Assembly (NCBI GenBank): GCA_964016885.1
Contig: OZ024740.1
Location: forward strand, 316,758,001-316,822,000
Reading direction: 5' to 3'
Source: Eledone cirrhosa
Lineage: Eukaryota
DNA: 64,000 nucleotides
Below are positions 1 through 12,391 of the stretch, one piece after another (the stretch's first letter is position 1; the number at the start of each line of letters is the position of its first letter). The notes below the pieces were generated by a model. It searched no databases. It was not told the DNA's origin and saw only the letters and a program-made list of their open reading frames with translations. The translations under genes were made by a program, and so were the position numbers.

Positions 1-386
1 TTCGAATTAATTCAAAATAGAATGCTGTGGAGAATGAGTTTGGTTTTATGTAGTATAACTCTACACATGTAGGAGTAACTTGGCACATATTTCAGTCTTA
101 TTAGAGCACATCAACGAAGCTTAGTCTAACTGTTAGAGCAGATTTGAAATGACCAAAGAAGTATAAAAAATTATTGTGAAAGAACAATGGATTGTATAAT
201 ATTTAAAAGAATAGTGACAGAGAAAATAGCCAAGGACATCTTCTACATAAAAAACTATTACTAACATAATTTAGTGAGTTGTGGGGGGTTGGGTTTAAAT
301 ATATAATTTAAATCTTTAGAAAACCCATAGCAATGATTTAAGTGCCTAAAAAACGTGTTCGCGATTTTATTTTACTCAAATGTGAT

Positions 387-494
387 TCTTCTTCTTCTTC
401 TTCTTCTTCTTCTTCTTCTTCTTCTTCTTCTTCTTCTTCTTCTTCTTCTTCTTCTTCTTCTTCTTCTTCTTCTTCTTCTTCTTCTTCTTCTTCC
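387..494. repeat. (CTT)n microsatellite, probably the (AAG)n tail of a minus-strand RTE-like fragment
   Basis: About 36 perfect triplets; source of the spurious poly-E and poly-L ORFs. Confidence 0.95.
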
Positions 495-739
495 TGAGAT
501 GGTCGATGGAGTAGAGTCCTCAAACACTCCTTCCAGTGGATCCTATCAGAAGCAACCGTCTCTATTTAATCCGGCTGTCTCAGGAAGGAATCACTGGACA
601 GATTTTAGGGGCAAAACCAGCCGGCAGGAGACCCTGTGGTAGACCCCAAGCAAGATGGTTGGATAACATCCATGGGCTTGGCTGGTTTAGCTTGGGAATC
701 AGCCGGATTAGTCCACGTCTCTCTCGGGGATAAGTGAAT
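495..739. mobile_element. Rearranged (internally inverted) 3' fragment of an RTE-like LINE
   Basis: + strand 578-710 reads ...KPAGRRPCGRPQARWLDNI (RTE-type ORF2 end, similar to 43520-43760); its expected continuation is on the - strand at 577-495. Confidence 0.6.
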
Positions 740-796
740 GAAGAAGAAGAAGAAGAAGAAGAAGAAGAAGAAGAAGAAGAAGAAGAAGAAGAAGAA
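740..796. repeat. (GAA)n microsatellite
   Basis: About 19 perfect triplets. Confidence 0.95.
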
Positions 797-1019
797 GGTT
801 CAATAACCCAGTCACCGTAATCACAGCTGAACGATTTCTCACAACTGGCGATGGAAACTGCGATGATTAGCATTATTTAAATAGCAACAAAGATTTGACT
901 GGTACAGTACCACTGGTACAGTACCACTGGTACTTCCTTTTAGAATGCAAAAACCTTTTATTAATAAAAAAAAAATGTTTAATCATAAATAAATCTATTT
1001 CAAATAACAACACCACAGC

Positions 1020-1290
1020 TATTTAAAAACGGAAGAATGGGTCACAGAAGAATGGGAAGTGGAAGGAGGAGGGTGATGAGCTCTATGCCTAGAGCGAGGT
1101 GGTGTTGGGGCTGCGCCCCGCGGACAATGATCAGCGACACCCGCTACACCAGCCACCCCACCTCGCGGTGCTCCTTCCTTAGACGGTCTGCCGACTACAG
1201 TGTCCAAGTACGCCTGATGTTTCGGTGGCGGACGCTGCAAAGAGGAAGCGGCCGCATAACCCTCAGTATTTGTATAACGGAATACTCCCT
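1020..1290 (-). mobile_element. Degenerate 3' fragment of a CRE-clade-like non-LTR retrotransposon (RLE C-terminus)
   Basis: Across frames reads GRFLFAASATETSGVLG...REVGWLV*RVSLIIVRG; homologous to 3290-3635 and 24160-24370. Confidence 0.65.
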
Positions 1291-1573
1291 ATGTTTTACC
1301 GGCGAAGATTCGAAACCGAATCTGAGGTTTCTCGCCTCTGGGGCCACTCATTATTGGAAAGTTCCCACCGTTGTCCTGTCGAGACAGCGATGATAAACGT
1401 ACATTCCACTTGACCTCTGATCCCAGCTTCCTAGGAGACGATATCTACATGGCTGATCATAAACCAACCTCATATACACATCCTTCTAACTATAACACTA
1501 TTATAAATACAAGGAGTTAAGGAATCTAAAGGCCAGAGAGACCGAAGCAAGCAGTCCGTGTGAAGGTTTACGA

Positions 1574-1993
1574 TGTAGCAAACCTTTTACTCTATCTCTC
1601 TCCTGGCCCTTACTGGCTCTCACCTTATCGGCCACAGACACAGCCAGACAGCCAGCCATGCCTGCCTGACAGATTGACCACTACTACTACGAAAATAACG
1701 TATACTAAGAATACACACACACACACATAGTAAGTTTAATTTGTTTATTGTTATGCTTCACCTATTCTTTCGTCTCCCTGTCATATTGTATCTGTAAGAT
1801 ACAACACAACTTTTACTATATCGTTTTCTGTGATACATGCATTTACGCTAGCTCGTAGAAGCTAGAGTCAATGTAGTGATAATTCATGTCATAAATTTTA
1901 TTACTCGATGTTCAAATTGAATATTGTTGTTGTAAAATAAACATTGTTAACAACACAATCCTGGCATTATTCTTTTCATCAAACTACTATACA
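1574..1993. mobile_element. Possible solo LTR
   Basis: TGTAG...CTATACA ends, internal AATAAA near 1935, flanks ACGA/AAGA (4-bp TSD with 1 mismatch). Confidence 0.3.
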
Positions 1994-2749
1994 AAGAATA
2001 TCAATTATCCGCTACATTTGTTTGTCTTCCTTTCCTCTGGATTACGGGCTGCAGTACCGGGGTTTGTGGCCGAAATTGACAATTTGAAATAGAATTAGAG
2101 ATAATGACCTGGAAATTTGACCTACAGTTCAATTGTTGTGTCAGACATACTTTTTGTTGTGGTGGAATTCGAAATGTTTTAATATAAACCGGTTTATTTG
2201 TTTTCAAAGACGTACAGAGTGACACTTCCACTTACGCATACACACATACATCCTGTCCGCCGAGGCTATGGGGTGACCAGCACGTGGGACCCCATTTGTT
2301 CACCATACGGATTAATAGTCAAAGTTATAAACTATTGTAAATAAATATTTGTGGATTACTTTACAAAAAATACTATTGACTAAAGTTAACTGCACGAAGT
2401 ATTTTATTTTATTGAAATGTTTGAGCACAAAGTGGATGAAAATATATTTGTGTTTATGTGTTTATGAATAGAATAGAATCAGAAAAACCTGTACATGGTT
2501 GTTCGACCTGCAAGAAATAGCAGCCAAATCTGCCTCCCTCAGCGAACATACTACCTACCGTCTTCAAAAAATACTGACATTTTGGATTCCCTCAGTCTAA
2601 GGAATCTTTTAAAAAGGGTGTGAGCTTATGGGTACAAACTACATTTTCAAGTGACTTATGATAGAAATATAGTTTGTACCCATAACATTTTCAGGTGACT
2701 TATGATAGAAATGTATTTGTTCCCTTAACCTCCCACCCTTTTTTCTAGA

Positions 2750-2896
2750 TGTTCAAATCCCGCCAAGACTAGTTTTGCCTTTCATCCTTACGGGGTCGAT
2801 AAAATAAAATACCAGTATCGCACTGGGGTTGATTTAATCAACTTTCCCTTCCCCAAAAATGTTTGACCATGTGCCTAAATCAGAAACCATTATTAC
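2750..2896 (+). mobile_element. 5'-truncated tRNA-derived SINE (Nin/Deu-like core)
   Basis: GTTCAAATCCCGCC B-box-like motif, core CCTTTCATCCTTACGGGGTCGATAAAATAA..TACCAG, tail GTGCCTAAATCAGAAACC-ATTATT. Confidence 0.75.
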
Positions 2897-3289
2897 GCCC
2901 ATCTCCGAGACGGGTGTTATGGAGTTAACGGGAGATGGAACCTCAGAAAACGAGTAATTTACAACGTTTTTGAAGGCCATATTCTTTCAAAACATCAAAA
3001 ATCTTGAGATTTCACCTTCAAAATTCTAACCAGACCTATCAACTAACTTTATTTTAATGGAGTAAACTAGGCCTTTATTTCGATATCTGTTATACATAAA
3101 CATATTATGTCAACTATATTTTACAAACAGAAGTTATACAATGGTGGAAATATTAAAAATAGAATTAAGTGATGAAAAAAAACAAACAAACGGGAAGGGG
3201 CAAAGAAGGGTAGATCTAGCTGTATAGAAAAGTAAAGGAAAGTACTATAAATGTCATAAATGTGAAGAAAAAGAGGGAAAGAGCAAAGA

Positions 3290-3635
3290 CTATTAGGAAG
3301 AGGGGGAAAGAGGGGAGTGAGAGGGTGACAGACTCTGAGCCTAGAGCGGGGCGGTATTTCAGCTGCACCTCGCGGACAAAACCGCAAAGGCATTTCCGCA
3401 GATAATGGCCAGCGACACCTGCTGCAACAGCCACCCCACCTCGCAGGGCTCCTTTCTTGGATGGGCTGCTATCGAAACCGATTTTACGGAGGAGCTCGGC
3501 TGTACGGGGTCCGAGGACGCCTGAGGTCTCAACAGAGACCGGCACAAAGAAGAAGCGGCCGAACAAGGTTTTGCTTGACTTCCTGTCCTCTGTATTGCAG
3601 GCCGCGGTACTAGGGTTTGTGGCCGAAGCGACTAT
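3290..3635 (-). mobile_element. 3' fragment of a CRE-clade-like non-LTR retrotransposon
   Basis: FVPVSVETSGVLGP...EVGWLLQQVSLAIICGNAFAVLSA, typical of the CRE restriction-like endonuclease C-terminus. Confidence 0.7.
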
Positions 3636-3735
3636 CCTTTATAAATTAAAAATTGTCTCTGCGAAGGGGTATACTGATAAAAAATTTACCCAAAATTCTA
3701 GATATATGCTAGATATACAAAATAATAATAATAAT

Positions 3736-3920
3736 TGTTTCTACTTTAGAATTTACCCAGCAATTACCCAGTGCATTACTGGTACTTTATTTTATCGACC
3801 CCGTAAGGATGAAAGGCAAAGTCAACCTCGGCGGGATTTGAACTCAGATCGTAAAGGGACGTAGCTATGCTGGAAAGCATGGCGTCCGACCCTCTACCGA
3901 TACTGCCAATCCACCGCCCT
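3736..3920 (-). mobile_element. tRNA-derived SINE (Nin/Deu-like core) flanked by (AAT)n on both sides
   Basis: Same family as 10034-10205 and 20059-20160; (AAT)n at 3720-3735 and 3921-3959. Confidence 0.8.
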
Positions 3921-3959
<39 letters not shown>

Positions 3960-3961
<2 letters not shown>

Positions 3962-4944
3962 TTTCTTTATTAACCACAAGGGTTTACATAAAGTAGACAT
4001 TAAGGACAGTGCAGGACAATGCAGGACGGTACAAATGGGCATTTCTGCGTGTAAAAACCAAAAACAGAGGATGTAACAAAAATAACAATGAAAATAACAA
4101 TGAAAAATTCCCCAATAGGGGGGAGACTTCGGAGGGACATTTGTGGAGAAAGCCCAGTAAAAAGCCACAGTGACCCTGACCACCAAGGCAAGTGCCCTCT
4201 CCCAGTTTTCCACCTTTAATTTACAGATATATACTCAGAGTAGGCCCATTCATTCGGGCCATACTTGCTTCTCTCATCCATCTTTCAACAAAATGCTGGG
4301 AAGAGAGCACTTCCCTCTCTACCCTGATTTTCCTTTTCAAATGAAATTTGAAAAAGTTACTCAGAGCATCACTGAAGAGGTAAGTGCTCGTCTTCAGCCC
4401 TTTCAAACGTGTCCACCATACTATCTCTTTCGCCATGGCCACCAGACAGATAAAAACTGCCTGCCCTTCTCGGCTAAAGGAAGAGGGCGGGGCAATCCTC
4501 ACGATGGACTCAGCTGATAGCCGGATCCGTCCTACACGCGACAGCAGGTGTTCGACATAAACCCACAAGTCAGCAATGCTCGGACACTGAACGAGTGCGT
4601 GCAGGACGGTTTCGTCGCCCTGCGCGCATCTCGGACATGCCCGGCTGACGGCACCTCCATGCCTGTAGAGTTTATCCCGAACTGGCAAAGCTCCTCGGTA
4701 GCACTGCCAGGCCAGGGATTTCTGGAAGTTGTCCATAGGCCTCGGCCCGAAAGTTCTTCCGAAGAGATTGGCTAGTTAATTTTCGTCGACGCCTAGAGTT
4801 TCCCCAAGTACGTCGTCGCTCTTCCCCTCCACTAATCCTCTATAGAACGCCAAGGTGGAGTTTCCACCGATCACATTGGCCGATTGGTCGAGGGCTGTGA
4901 GCGCCTGAAGACATTCCAGTCTCCAAGCGCTCCCTCTCGGTCTT
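3960..4944 (-). mobile_element. 5'-truncated Tx1-like (L1 superfamily) LINE, lineage A
   Basis: ORF2 C-terminal zinc finger CPRCAQGDETVLHALVQCP; near-identical to 12151-13114; 3' end AATAAAGAAATC(ATT)n; (AAT)n on both flanks. Confidence 0.85.
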
Positions 4945-4964
4945 TTAATAATAATAAAAAAAAA

Positions 4965-6820
4965 TCACTGGAAGCTGATTGTGGAATTAATTAATTGTGG
5001 AATTTTTCAGGGTGACTCTTTATTACCGCTTTTATTCTGCATCGCACTTATACCATTAAGTAGAATGTTCAATGAAACAAAACATGGATATAAAGTCTAT
5101 GACGAAACCATTAATCACTTGTTCTACATGGATGACCTGAAACTATTTGCAAAAAATGATGAACAATTGCAAGGGCTATTATCCACTGTGGAGCAGTTCA
5201 GTGATGACATTAAAATGGAGTTTGGACTAGATAAATGCGCCAAAGCAACGTTCACCAGAGGAAAACTGCTGAAAAGTTCAGACATTAATCTTGATCGGGG
5301 GAATGTGATAAGAGAACTTGATCAAGAGGAAACTTACAAATATCTAGGTGTTTGTGAAGGAGACAGAATCAAGCACTCGACAATGAGGGAAAGGATAAGG
5401 AAGGAATGTTACCGCAGAGTAAGAGCAATCTTAAGAACGGAATTGAATGCAAGGAATAGGATCGATGCCATAAACACGCTTGCCATACCAGTAGTAACCT
5501 ACAGTTACAATGTCATCAACTGGTCAAGCACAGAGATCCGTAGGCTCGATACAAAAATTAGAAAATTCTTAACCATGCACAGAATGCATCACCCTAAGGC
5601 AGATACAGATAGAATATATCTCCCTAGGAAAGAAGGAGGACATGGGTTAATCCAGTTAGATATTGCGTTGAAAACTGCAACAATTGGATTATCTACATAT
5701 CTAAGGGAATCACATGATTGGATGATCAAACTCGTTTTGAAACACGAAAGCATCAAAAGATCATACTCCATTACAAAAGATGCACAAAGATACAGTAATG
5801 GAGTACAAATCTCAGAAGTCCCATTTACTGTTGAAATGGAAAACACAGAAAAAGCAAAGCAGGTAAAAGTAACTGCAAAGAAAGAACTGCTACAGAAACT
5901 GGCTAAGAAATGGCAAGAAAAGCCTCTGTATGGAAAATACCCAGAAAGAGCTAACAATCCTGATGTTGACAAAACTTTAACCCATCAGTGGTTGGCATCC
6001 TCTGGACTGAAATCGGAGACTGAAGGACTGATTATATCAGCACAAGATCAGTGTCTGCCAACAAAAAATTACCAAGCCAACATAATAAAAAATGGATGCA
6101 ACCCATTATGCCGTGTAGTAAAAAACAACCAGAGACCATTGATGATATAATTTCAATGTGCAGTCCTATAGCTCCAACCGAATACCTAAACAGGCATGAC
6201 AGAGCTGCACAATACATACATTGGATAATGTGTAAGCATTTTGACCTGCCCCATCAAAAGAATTGGTGGGAGCATCAACCACCTCCCATACTTGAAAAAG
6301 ATTACATCTCAATCTTGTGGAACTTTAGCATCCAAACAGACCGAAAAATAGATGCAAATAGACCTGATATAATACTGAAGGACTTTAAAAAGAGGGTATG
6401 CCTGCTAATTGATATGTCCGTTCCAATAGACAAGAATGTATCTATAAAAACATTTGAAAAATTGAGCAAGTATAAGGACCTGGAGATAGAAATTGGAAAA
6501 ATGTGGAAATTGAGAACTAAAACAATACCAGTGGTTGTAGGCGCTCTAGGAATGATACCTAAGAGGTCTAATGATTACTTATCGCAAATCCCAGGAAATC
6601 CGCGTATAGGAGAAATACAAAAGATAGTACTAATGGGAACTGCCCATATATTAAGGAAAATTCTGTCAATATAAGTACATCACAAGTCTAAACATCTAAA
6701 GATGCATGTGTGCTTATGTATGTTTTTTCTTGAACATGGCGGACCTTGTTGTCTCTTGAGGTCACTGGTTGTGACTTGGTGATAACTCGCATGAACATAA
6801 AGCAAGATAAATGCAACTGT
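4965..6820 (+). mobile_element. 5'-truncated R4/Dong-like non-LTR retrotransposon (RT + CCHC + RLE), lineage A, frameshifted
   Basis: GIFQGDSL, HLFYMDDLKL, YKYLG (4981-6150); RHD..IHW, NRPD, DMSVP, KYKDL, PVVVGALG (to 6674); (AAT)n tail 6821-6838. Confidence 0.85.
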
Positions 6821-6838
6821 AATAATAATAATAATAAT

Positions 6839-9800
6839 TGAAAAAAAATTAGCCGGGCAGGCTCGGGTAATAAGAACTAATGGGTGGATAAGCGAGCTGG
6901 AACTGGAGGAACTGAGCAGAGAGATTAGGTTGGAAATGGAGAGTGAAGTATGCCAGGAAAACGAGCCAGTGGAAAATGAAGTTGAAGAGGTTGAGAGAAC
7001 GGAGGAACCATCCGAAGCAGACAATGATCTGAATGCTGAAATAAATAATACCTGGAACAAAGATACGGCCATTGGGGGGATGAATGCTGACGGGCTAGGA
7101 CAAGATTTGGTTGATATCCTAAACTTAGTGGTAGATGAAATGAACAATGATAGTGGGAAACCTATGAACCTATGATTTGTAGACAGGAAAAAATTAAAAG
7201 AAACAACAGCTAAGGTAAACAAAGTCATCCCATACCTTGAGGCGAGGAACCTTCACCAGTGCAACAATATCCTCAAAGCAACAGCAAATGCGGTGAGGAA
7301 ATTACTTGGCATAAAAGCGAGAGGAAACAACAAACAAGAAAGATCAGAACCTTGGTGGAAGAAACGACTGAATGGTCAAATCAGGGAAATGAGAAATGAC
7401 ATTGGAAAGCTTGAGTCCCTACTGAATGGGACACTACAAAACATAGACACTAAAAATAGACTGGAAATAAAGTACAAAACTAGGAGGAAAAAGCTAAATA
7501 TTATCATAGAGGAACTGAAGCAACGCATTGTAGCAAAGAGTGCAAAGATTAGGCGATACGAGAACAGAGTCAGTCAGTATAGATAGAACCGCATGTTTAA
7601 CAACAACCAGAAGATGTTGTTTGGACAGCTTGAAGGGAAAGAAAGAGGCAACGACTTGATCCCTGAGGCGGAACAGACTAAGACATTCTGGAGAGGAATA
7701 TGGGAGCAGGATGTTAAACATAATGATCAGGCAGTGTGAATTGAGACAGTACAAAAAGAGATTAGTGAACAGGCACACCAACAAACTGATTTGAGTATCA
7801 CAGTTGAAACTCTTAAGGGGCAGGCCAAAAAACTAACCAACTGGAAATCACCAGGCCCAGATGGTGTGCAGGGGTATTGGATTAAAAATATAACATCCCT
7901 CCACCCGAAACTGACAACCATGTTCAATGACTGCTTGATGTCAGGTGAGGTACCAGAGTGGTTGACAAAAGGTACAACAGTTCTGGTAATGAAAGACCGA
8001 ATCAAGGGTAATGATGTTACCAACTATAGACCTATCACATGTCTGTCCGTAATGTGGAAACTGTTAACAAGCATTGTGTCTGAGGAAATCTACCATCACC
8101 TCCACATAAACAACTTGTTACCGGACGAACAGAAAGGATGCCGAAAGAACTTCCGTGGTACAAAGGATCAGTTACTTATTAATAAGATGGTAATGAGGAA
8201 TTGCAAGAGGAGACACACTGGTCTTGCCATGGGATGGATAGACTACAAAAAGGCATTCGACATGGTACCTCATTCTTGGATAACCAAAAGCCTAGAGATC
8301 TTCAAGGTGGCAGATAACATCAGACAGTTGTTGAGCAAAAGTATGAAGTCCTGGAAAACAGAGTTAACATCGGGTGGAGAATCCTTGGGAAGCGTGAAGA
8401 TCAAGAGAGGTATCTTCCAGGGAGATAGTTTGTCCCCTCTGTTGTTTGTCCTTGCCCTGATCCCCCTGACCATTATACTGCGAAAAGTGAGAGCAGGATA
8501 CAAGTTGGGAAAGGGAGAGCTTACCATCAATCACCTCCTCTTCATGGACGATCTTAAGCTCTTCGGGAAGAGTGAGAAGGAGTTGGATGTGCTTGTTGAC
8601 ACTGTCCGTATTTTCAGCAAAGATATATGTATGCAATTTGGTATTAGTAAGTATGGAGTCCTAGTGATGAAGAGGGGGTAAATTGAGCAGAAGCAACGGA
8701 ATCCAGGTACCAACAGGTGAGATGATAAAGGAAATTGACACTGAAGAAGGATACAAATATTTAGGTGTTCTGGAGGCTGATGACATCAAGAACAAAAAAA
8801 TGAAGGAATTGATAAGATCTGAATACATTTGGAGAGTAAGGAGCGTATTAAAATCACATCTGAACAGTAGGAATGCCATAAGTGCAGTAAATTCCCGAGC
8901 TGTGTCTATTATTAGGTACAGTGCGGGAATTCTGAGATGGAATGTTGCTGAACAAAAAGAAATGGATAGGAAGACTAGGAAGCTATTGACTATCTATAAC
9001 ATGTTCCACAAGAGGAGTGATGTCGATAAACTATACTTAAGGAGATCTGAAGGTGGAAGAGGTCTTATCAGCATAGAGGACTGTGTTCAGATGGAGAAAA
9101 ACAACCTACACAAATACGTGACTGATAGTAGGGAGCCAATGCTCAGAATTGTACTGAAGGAGAGGACATTAGACCAGGGGATGTCAAAGGAGGAATAACA
9201 ACAAGGAGGAAGAGCAACCTTCATGAAAAATCCCTTCATAGTACCTTCTTTGAGAAAACTGAATTTAGAGATCCACCGACATGGAACTGGTTGAAAAGAG
9301 GAGACCTTAAAAAGGCTACAGAAGGAATGCTAATGGCTGCGCAAGAGTAGGCCCTCAAAACGAAGTGGCTGAAACACCATATTTACAAGGAGGAGGCTAG
9401 CCCACTGTGTAGGATCTGTGGAGAGAGAGAGGAGACTGTGGCTCACATTGTATCCGAGTGTAAACACTTAGCCCAGACTCACTATAAAGGTTGGAGACAT
9501 GATGTGATGGGCAGGGTGATCCACTGGCACCTATGCAAAGTAAACAATTTACCACATTCTGAGAAGTGGTATGAGCATAAGCCAGAGTCAGTGATAGAAA
9601 ACGATTAGGTGAAGGTGCTGTGGGATTTTAGGATACAGACGGACAAGAAACTGGAACACAATAGACCTGACCTGGTGGTTTTGGACAAGGAAAAAAGATC
9701 GTGCCTGATTGTGGGTGTAGCCTGCCCATTCGACACGAGAGTGCAAGAGAAGGAGAGGGAGAAAATTAACCGATACCAGGACTTAAAGTGGGAGGTAAAA

Positions 9801-10228
9801 AGGATTTGGAACTGCCATGAAGTCAAAGTGGTCCCGATTGTCATAGGCGCACTAGGTACTATCTCAAAGAGTTTCCAAGGATGGTTAAAGAAAATTGGTC
9901 CCGTCCGGCTTTTTGGAACACTTCAAAAGGCATGCTTGCTGGGAACAGCAAGAACCCTCAGATACGTCCTGAATATCTGCGGCTGCAGGTAGTGGCTTGA
10001 TATTAATTTCAACAAACTTTCCAGTTAAATAACTGTTTCTACTTTAGGCACAAGGCCAGCAATTAGCCAGTGCATTACTGGTACTTTATTTTATCGACCC
10101 CGTAAGGATGAAAGGCAAAGTCAACCTCGGCGGGATTTGAACTCAGATCGTAAAGGGACGTAACTATGCTGGAAAGCATGGCGTCCGACCCTCTACCGAT
10201 ACTGCAACATCAATGACTGAGACTCAAA

Positions 10229-10230
<2 letters not shown>
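6839..10230 (+). mobile_element. R4/Dong-like non-LTR retrotransposon, lineage B, 5'-truncated, several stops and frameshifts
   Basis: NWKSPGPDG, YRPITCL, DYKKAFD, GIFQGDSLSP, FMDDLKL; CRICGEREETVAHIVSEC; NRPDL...KINRYQDL; stop 9992; (AAT)n tail 10230-10298. Confidence 0.88.
10034..10205 (-). mobile_element. SINE inserted in the 3' UTR of the Dong-like element
   Basis: Interrupts TTAAATAAC|ATCAATGACT, which is uninterrupted in the sister copy near 18800; AAC on both sides. Confidence 0.85.
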
Positions 10231-10298
<68 letters not shown>

Positions 10299-10300
<2 letters not shown>

Positions 10301-12150
10301 TTTCATTTATTAGCCACCAGGGCCGACATGTAGGGGACAATACAAAGACAGGGACCATGGGGTTTACAATAAGGTGGAGTAAAAGTGCACAATGGCAAGA
10401 CTAATTTAACAATGAAAATATAAAAATATAAAATAAACTATGCATAAATATAACAAAATAAATTCCCCGATAGGGAGTGTACGACCCTGGGGTGCTTCAG
10501 GTACCCCACCAATCCTGAACCACCCTGCGCTTCTAGGGCACCCAGGGAGAGCATCCCTCTCCTCAAGTTAGCCAGCCTATAGGCGCATGGTCAGAGTAGG
10601 CCCATTCACACGAGCCATTCTCGCCACATTCACCCACCTTTTAGCAAATGTACTGGAGGGCAGCACTTCTCTCTCCACCCTCACCTTCCTTTCCAGGTGA
10701 AACTTGAAGAAGTTGATGAGGGATTGGCCGAAGAGAAAAGTGTCTGTCTTTAGTCCTTTCAACCTGGTCCACCATATAATCTCTTTCGCAACTGCCACCA
10801 GACAGAGGAAAATTTCCTGCTCTTCCTGACCCAAGGAAGGCGGTGGAACGATCTTCACTATGGACTCGGCCGATAGCCGGATTCGTTCCACACGCGACAG
10901 TAGCTGTTCGACATAACTCCACAAGTCAGTAATGCACGGACATTGGACAAGTGCGTGCAGAACAGTTTCGTCGTTCTGTGCGCATCTTGGGCAGGTCCGT
11001 CTGACAGCACTTCCGTGCCTTTAGAGTTTATCCCGAACCGGCAGTGCCCACCGGTAGCACTGCCAAGCGAGGGATTTCTGTCCATCGTCCCCGGCTCAAA
11101 AGTCCTCCGGTACAGACTGGTCAGTTCGACTTCGTCGAGGCCCAAAGCTTCTCCGAGTGCGTCATCGCACTTGCCCACCACTAATCCTCTATAGAACTCG
11201 AGAGTGGAAGTTCCACTGATCGCATTGCCCGCTTGGTAGAAGGCAGTGAGTGCCTGGCAACATTCCAGGTGCCAGTCACCCAGTCTCGGTCTCTTCTTGA
11301 CCCAGGACTGCAGCTCAGTCAAAGAAATGAGCTGCGGAAAGGCCTGTCTGATAAACGGCGACCACACCTGTTCACCGTTGAGGCAGAATATTTGGAGATG
11401 TCGCAGCCTCAACGCATGTCTGCGCATCATTAGCCACGGCATGCCCAGCCACTCCGCGTAGAGGGTGCTGACAGCAGATGGACCGCCTCACCAACGGAAC
11501 TTGTCCCCTCCACAAGAATTTGAAGAGGAGCCGTTCCAGCTTGACGAGGCGCGGACGGGGGCAAGGCACGACGGTCAGGCGGTAGTAGATGACGGACGCG
11601 ATGTACGCATTCGCCACCTCCGCGTGACCTTTCAGTGATAGCTTCCTCCCAGCCCATTTTTGGGTGAGACTGGCTATTCTGCTCGTTACCTCGTCCCAAT
11701 TCTTTTCCACCTGGAGGTCTGGTCCGAACCAAACCCCGAGCAACTTTACCGGTCCGTCCGTCCAGCGCCCCACGATGCTGTTGGACGGCATTGGCTTGCC
11801 TCTCCAGGTTCCGAGCTGCAAGCCCACCGACTTTTCCGGGTTAAGTTTGGCTCCTGTCAACCTTTCATATTCCTTCAATAAGGTGCCGACCACCTCGATT
11901 TCTGAGGTGTTCGACACCATCACGGTGATGTCGTCCGCATAAGCCGACACCGCCCTTCCACGTCCCGGTTCGAGCGGGATGCCCTGCAACAGCTCCAGCT
12001 TCCGCAGTAAAGGCTCGAGAGTCAATACGTACAGAAGAGAAGAGAGAGGGCACCCTTGACGGACCGATCGGGAGAGCCGAAATGGTTCCGAGAGGTGACC
12101 ATTAACCTTGACCACCGAGCATGTGTCGCTGTGCATTGCAACGATCCAGC
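10299..12150 (-). mobile_element. 5'-truncated Tx1-like LINE, lineage B
   Basis: RQGCPLS, AYADD, VKLLGVWF, zinc finger region; 3' end AATAAATGAAATC(ATT)n. Confidence 0.85.
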
Positions 12151-12391
12151 TTATTAACCACAAGGGTTTACATAAAGTAGACATTAAGGACAGTACAGGA
12201 CAATACAGGACGGTACAAATGGGCATTTCTGCGTGTAAAAAAAACAGAGGATGTAATAAAAAAAATAACAATGAAAAATTCTCCAATAGGGGGGAGACTT
12301 CCGAGGGACATTTGTGGAGAAAGCCCATTAAAAGGCCACAGTGACCCTGACCACCAGGGCAAGTGCCCTCTCCCAGTTTTCCACCTTTAAT

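Noticed and set aside
60-130. Possible Penelope/hammerhead remnant (also CTGATGA near 42443)
   Set aside because: The catalytic core and stems could not be completed; the sequence is too degenerate to support.
338-873. Poly-E, poly-L and poly-S ORFs
   Set aside because: They are translations of (CTT)n and (GAA)n microsatellites.
898-932. 14-bp tandem palindromic repeat ACTGGTACAGTACC
   Set aside because: Only 2.5 copies, resembling slippage of a SINE-core word, with no further structure.
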